Source: Catajapyx aquilonaris (taxonomy: Eukaryota). Taken from it: a stretch of DNA of 29,286 nucleotides. Where the stretch lies: NCBI GenBank assembly GCA_000934665.2, contig JYFJ02001100.1:62001-91286 (forward strand), written 5' to 3'. Position 1 is the first letter of the stretch; each line of letters begins with the position of its first letter. A program made the translations under genes and the position numbers. This document shows positions 23,880 through 29,286 of this stretch, in pieces. The notes under the pieces were generated by a model. That model was not told where the DNA came from. It saw only the letters and a list, made by a program, of their open reading frames with translations, and did not search any database.

Positions 23880-24400
23880 ATGGGAACGTGCGAATATCTC
23901 ACCTTTCTCGTGCCCCTGGTGCTTCTGGCATCGAGGGTCGAAACTCGAGCCCAGTCCAACTACGCCAGCCATGGAATAAATATCGAGTATCAGGGCTCGG
24001 AGAACGAGCTTCCCGAGTATGCCCCATTGGACGGACAGGTGATCGAGCTGGACAGCCTGTCCCCGGTCATCTACCTGAACCGGACAGAGGCACACCTCAC
24101 TTGCTCATCCGGATTCATGGACGTGGACCTACACTTCAAGGAGCATTTCTATGGCATCGTGTACGCCAACTTTGATCGGACCAGCCCTTGCTTCGTGTCT
24201 GGCGAAGGAGACACGGTGTACCACATCCAGATGCCATTGAAGGGATGCGGTACCAAGCAGGGTCCGCAGAGGGTCTTCACCAACAACATTGTTGTCCGGT
24301 TTCACCCCGGGTTGGAGATGGAAGGAGATGAGGTCATCACCATCGTGTGTCGGTACCCACCGCCTGTTGTTCAGCCTCCAGGACCACTGCCCATTCCCCT
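23880..24400 (+). CDS. pot: pot-like coding exon 1: signal peptide + ZP-N domain
   Basis: Acceptor ttttcatttccag directly precedes the ATG at 23880; donor cct|gtaagt at 24401; four ZP-N cysteines and an N-glycosylation sequon NRT. Confidence 0.9.
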
Positions 24401-27111
24401 GTAAGTACGATGTTTGGCCCAGATTGAGGTGCAGCTGGTTTTTTGGGAAAGTACTGGGTTACCGTTGGTCACTTTGCTCACGACCATGTATACACTGGGG
24501 ATGTAACGTGTTGTCTTTTGTTCGCAGACAAATTCCGGAGGAGCCCATTGTTCCGGCCGCATCTTCCCGCCTGAAAGAATTCGAGATTCTTCTCATCATC
24601 TGTGCCATCCTATTCCTGGGCCTTATGCTTTTGGGAATCGGCTGCTCATACTACTGCCTCAAGAAACGAAACATCCAGTTAGTCCGAAGGTACGTTCCCT
24701 CCATCCTGCTCAAAAATACTTCAGTCGAGTGAAAAAATGATAATGAGTGCACATGCAATAAATTATTTTGGATGTGATCAACAAAATAATAATTTTTGTC
24801 TTCCTTCAATTCATCAGGAGGCCTCTGTCTTCAGCCAGTTCGGAGCTGACGAAACCGTCCACTTTGAGTCACCTGTCCATGTTCGACGGTCTGAAGATCC
24901 CACGTGCCCAGGCCACCAGCACCAGCGGATCTGAAGCCGCCCTGATGGTGGAGGCCAGTCCACCGTCGGACACTATACCGTCCGACTACCCGTCCGAGTC
25001 CCCCAGCTCCGTCCACTCTGAAGTGGAGGACGTGGACACCCGCAGCCTCCCTCGTCCGTCCTCGTCCAGCTCGACCGAGATCGACCGGGCCTTTATTACA
25101 GTGGACGACCGACACCTCCAGCAGATCGAGACGGTGACCAAGGACACCCGATTCGACGTGGCCCTCAGGGTCAAGAAGGCCGCCCCTGCACCACCGCCTC
25201 CAAAACCGCAGCTCAGTCTGCAGGAGAGGCTGCAGACTGTGTTGGAAAGGGAAGAGAGCATCACTTCGGAGGACATCGAGTCACGAACCAGGTTCACACA
25301 TGTTCCGGAACTGCACCATCCGCCTAGGACCATCTATGTACCGGTATGAACCCGCTACGTCCAAGTAAAAATTATAGGCGTAACATTTGTCAAAAAGAAA
25401 CTGTCATGTCAATTTAAACGCAAAGTACGCAACATATTATGTAAGATACGTAAATGCGTATCATACGTAAAATGTTACGTCTAAATAGACGTAACGAGAC
25501 TGGAAGTGTAGTGTGCACATCATGTTATCCAGACTTTTGTACCCATGTGTTCATACGTAACTGTAACCAACAGGAGGACAGGTCCATACCGGACAACGAC
25601 GACTGGAGCGTGGCAGAAACGCTGGTAACCACCGAACAGCAGTTGGCCAAGCCAAAGAGGACGCTGCTCAGCTACGACACTAGCCATCTGGACACACAGA
25701 TCAACCGGGACAACCTGGAGCGCATCACGAAGGAGTACTCCATCGTCCCTCCGCCTCCGCCCATGCCCCCGATGCATCCGACCGAATATGTGACCGAAAC
25801 TAAGTTACTATCCGACGCAGTACCCCGTCGCCCGCGCATGACCACGCAAGAAGTGGAGGACGTCTATCTTCAGACCATCACCGAGAAGAAGATCATCGAG
25901 GACATTGAGCGTCGACGTCGTGAGACAACGGAGTACCACCCGAAGGTACAGCCTCCTCCTCCGCCTCCTACCCAGTGGCAGGTGGCCATCCGGACATACC
26001 CCACCGATCCGGAGGAAACCAGACCGCGAGTAGACTGGGAGACATTCTCGGAGACAACAACCGAGGCCGGCTCCGAGCGGCCGTGGTCCATCGCAGATGC
26101 GGATGACGAAGAAGAGGTGATGCCCGTAGCACGGCCCCCACCGCCTGCACCAAAAGCGCCGAGTCCTCCACGTAACTGGGACGTCCTGTTCCATGTCCTG
26201 GACGCCTACTCGCAGCAGGAGCAGGCAGCTCCAATAATGGGGGCCAGTCCTCCGCAACAAAGCGTGGTACTGACCGAGGAGGACCGCGCGAAGTGGAGGG
26301 ACATCATCACCACCGAGTCCACTCTTCGCACCCTGCTGACCACAGCCACGGTGCGAGAGGACTACGAGAGGATCAGACGGGACGAGCGGTACCAACAGTT
26401 GTTCGAGCCCAAGAAGTGGGACGTGATCATCCGGGTGCTGGCTCCTCCAGAGGGTGACCCCAGGTCTAGGTCACAGCCGCCTCCGAGGTACAGGAAGAAG
26501 GGAGGTAAAGGGTTGCCGCCGCTGTACGAGTACGACAGCAGCGAGGCTACATCCACGAGGACCGCGTGGTCCGAACGGTCCAGGAGGGCATCTGCCACTT
26601 CCATGAGCATGAGGTCAGAGGCCGATGTTCGATCCATGACCGAGGAGATGGTCAACTTCAGCAGGCCGGACAGAGACGACGCCGATACTCTCAGCATGAG
26701 CAGCGGGCCCTCGTACGGTGCTCCGTACCATCCTCTAACCACTGATGACGAGGACGACGATGACCATCCCAGGTATGTCTGGTCGTTAACGCGAAACCTA
26801 ACCCGATCCGGAACCTCTGCACTATTTGGCTGACATCTGTGAGGTTTTACCTAATATTTTAAATGGCCAATCTTTTCCACAGGGCATCTTTGGCCAGAAG
26901 TGGGTCAGAGTTCACGGAGAATTGGGCGGCCGAATCCCTCCCTGAGACCTCACTGACAGGGTCACTCACAGGTCGTGGCGGGTTCAGCCAATCGAGCGAA
27001 CTGAGGTCACAGGTGTTGGTTCGACAGGTGGAGATGGCCTCCTCTTCGGCTGGCGACCGAGAAGAAATGCGATCCATGGCCGAAACCGTCTTCAGCGATT
27101 ATCGCCGCTGA
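23880..27111 (+). CDS. pot: Papillote-like type I transmembrane protein with ZP-N-only ectodomain; join(23880..24400,24528..24689,24818..25343,25574..26772,26883..27111), 878 aa
   Basis: Five ORF blocks join in frame through canonical GT-AG introns (phases 2,2,0,2; 2637 nt). The product has a signal peptide (MGTCEYLTFLVPLVLLASRVETRA), a 4-Cys ZP-N (LTCSS..M.V, SPCF, LKGCGT, NNIVVRFHPG, IVCRY), a Pro-rich linker, a TM helix (ILLIICAILFLGLMLLGIGCSYYCL then KKR) and a long Pro/Ser/Glu tail. This architecture is that described for Drosophila Papillote. The symbol rests on architecture, not on an alignment. Confidence 0.8.
24528..24689 (+). CDS. pot: pot-like coding exon 2: transmembrane helix
   Basis: Acceptor tcttttgttcgcag (AG 24526-27) and donor ag|gtacgt (24690); phase matches both neighbours; hydrophobic stretch followed by KKR. 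Confidence 0.9.
24818..25343 (+). CDS. pot: pot-like coding exon 3: Ser/Pro-rich juxtamembrane cytoplasmic region
   Basis: Acceptor ttccttcaattcatcag (AG 24816-17) and donor ccg|gtatga (25344); in frame with ORF 24768-25349; coding-like GC3. Confidence 0.88.
25574..26772 (+). CDS. pot: pot-like coding exon 4: Pro-rich/acidic cytoplasmic tail
   Basis: Acceptor taaccaacag (AG 25572-73, weak pyrimidine tract) is in frame with ORF 25454-26833; donor cag|gtatgt at 26773. Confidence 0.85.
26883..27111 (+). CDS. pot: pot-like terminal coding exon
   Basis: Acceptor tcttttccacag (AG 26881-82); phase-2 junction restores the frame of ORF 26863-27111; TGA at 27109-27111. Confidence 0.85.
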
Positions 27112-27236
27112 TTGGTGGGAAGAACGGCAGTCGTCCTCTGATTGGTTAACGGAGGGACTGCCGCCGCTGATTGGTTGGAGCAGCGATTGTCGCCCGCTGA
27201 ATGGTGGAAGGAGCGATTGTCGCTCCCGGTTGGAGA
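27093..27236 (+). repeat. 29/30-bp tandem repeat (about 5 units) spanning the pot-like stop codon
   Basis: CTGATTGG-type cores at 27108, 27138, 27167, 27197 (ctgaatgg) and 27226 (ccggttgg); spacing 30/29/30/29. Confidence 0.8.
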
Positions 27237-28185
27237 AAAGGAGTGGGTGGGTGGGTGGGTGGGGAGGGTGTGTCCTCACAGTCATTGCCATAGAGTAAAT
27301 GCGATTAATTGTGGGTACGGGTGCAAGAATGAATGTGTCTTTTTTTAATTCTGTATTTTATTGGCGTATGAGTCAGCGAGGCTGTGAAAACTCGTGCTGC
27401 CAACCGTCGCACTACTAACAACAATACCTGACCACTATTATTTTGTATGTTGACTCATGCTGCCGTTTAATTACTAACCTCCGGACAGAACGGTGATTGG
27501 AAATTTGCGTTCTTTAAAAAATGGCGCGTTTAGACAAGAAGATTAACCCTCCAAGATTTAGGTCACTGACAGTGTGTTTTTGTTACTAACGTGTCAACAA
27601 GCGGATCGTGGCTAACTATACTAGTGTGTTGCAACATGTATCACTGCCCTGGTATGATTTGTTCTTTGTTGTTTTTAAAGTGACGAATGTGACAGCAATT
27701 GCCATGGTTTTAAATTATTTCTGGCAACAGATGCGAATGATATTGAACTTGGCTCTTCATTATTCACTCAAAAAAGGTGAAGTGGAACTGCAGAGAAAAG
27801 TTCGCTAAACTAATTGGGATATTACATGAAATCATAAAGGCTGTGTTGCTGCCTTGATAGTAAAAAAAAGTAACCAACTATTAACTTATATTAATGCGTG
27901 CTCAGAGGTGGTTAACATTTTTAAAAGTAAGAAAACAAAACCTTGTCTTTCATATACTTTGTGTCCAGATCTTGTCGCTCGACGCTTCTTCACATGGTGA
28001 TTTAACTGATGTAAATGACATTTTGGGATTAAATGACATTTTGAAACTCCAGATTGCCTGACACTTGGCCATAATAAGTTCCGTAACTTAAATTGCGCAA
28101 GGATGCAAATGTTCTCCGATGACATGCATTTTCCTGTTTATGACAATGAATTGGTGCTCTTGTAGTTTTACATAGTTTTTATAAA

Positions 28186-28249
28186 AATAAAATGAACCGC
28201 CTGAAACTGCCTCTCTGTATGATTTACTGGTAACATTTGACATAATAAA
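28186..28249 (+). terminator. Candidate polyadenylation signals of the pot-like gene
   Basis: AATAAA at 28186-28191 and 28244-28249, about 1.1 kb after the stop codon, at the end of an AT-rich UTR-like tract. Confidence 0.45.
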
Positions 28250-29286
28250 TTATGTGCCCACATGTGATCCTTACATGCTGCTACACTTTGAAAGAATATT
28301 CAACAGTTGTGCAGTCGCATTAGCTGCTTCTGCACTGGTATTTCTTATCTTGCCCAACATCCTTCCACAGGGTGAATTTAACTGTGGCATATTTTGTACA
28401 GTACATCTGTGCGTCTGGTTCTGTGGTCTATTGGGTCGCCTCGTTATTCAGAAAATGGGCAGATGTGTAGTCTGTAGAGTGGGCAACCCTGTGAGAGGCC
28501 CTGTCTTCACTAGTCATTAAAGTCCTGTACAAGCCGCATCGGATCATTAAACGCGCCTATAGTACAGTGCATTTTATTGGATTGTACAGTTCAGTGACCA
28601 TAACTTTTTTCTGAGAACCAGGGCGGCTTATAGGTACAGTACACGGAACATTGTAGAGAGAAGCAACGACTAATATGTTACATTCGGAAGTATTCGAGAT
28701 GGACTATCCGTATTGTTGCATAACAGTGTAACACGAAAGTTTGCAATTTCAGACAGCTTTCCTACCACTGAGGCGTGCTTGAATGCGGGATTACCTGAGA
28801 TGATGTCAGGAATAGCAGCCGCCTGGAAGATAGTTCCAGGCACAAACTGGAGTGATGCTCGAATGATGTACTGTCGCGAGTAATAAGATGGAGACGCCAC
28901 GATGTAAAATTTTCATCCTGGCGAGGGTGCAACCGGTTGCACAGGTGTGTAGTGTACTCGCACACTGTGTGTACACATCTGTGCTTATCTGCTGGTTTTT
29001 TTTTCCTCCTCCCTTATCTACCCCGGTCTCGAGCACCCGTGGGCCTTCTTATCTGTCTTTGCAACCTAGCTATCTCAAAAGGGCAGGAAATGTTTCTCCA
29101 GAAATTCAAGTATGATGCAGAAAAATGCTATTTATTTTGCTGCTATTGGTAGAAAATTATACTGATTTATTCTGATCACATGCTAGTGATGTTAAGTTCA
29201 GAACAGATAATTATGTGCCTGTGGATCAGAGCAGACTGACTGTCAGTATTCATCAACATCTAAAACGAAGAAAATTATATTTAAAG

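Noticed and set aside
24831..26742. Minus-strand ORFs up to 195 aa inside the pot-like gene
   Set aside because: Antisense shadows of GC3-rich coding exons.
27093..27236. CRISPR-like appearance of the about 30-bp periodic repeat
   Set aside because: Contiguous degenerate tandem units without unique spacers, eukaryotic context, no cas genes.

Overview
Eukaryotic, most likely arthropod, genomic DNA with spliced genes, GT-AG introns and MITEs; no prokaryotic features were seen. Two genes are supported. (1) A minus-strand exon at about 1753-2369 encodes a trihelix Myb/SANT-like DNA-binding domain and lies beside a strongly CpG-depleted block. (2) A plus-strand five-coding-exon gene at 23880-27111 (878 aa when spliced) encodes a signal peptide, an isolated ZP-N domain, one TM helix and a long Pro/Ser/acidic cytoplasmic tail, i.e. 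a papillote (pot)-like apical-matrix protein. It has candidate non-coding 5' exons at about 7397-7482 and 21376-21437. The rest is intronic or intergenic DNA with MITEs (PIF/Harbinger-, Tc1/pogo- and piggyBac-like, one nested), LINE remnants, palindromes and short-period arrays. The most notable unexplained signals are three exact TACTAAC (HOW/Quaking-type) motifs in the pot-like 3'UTR, a stop codon embedded in a 29/30-bp repeat, a repeated W/F-D/Q-V-x-x-R/H motif in the cytoplasmic tail, a 10-bp-phased CCGTTA array, co-oriented CTCF-like motifs between the genes and a sharp CpG boundary. I found no convincing wholly new multi-gene system. All family assignments are by eye, without database searches.
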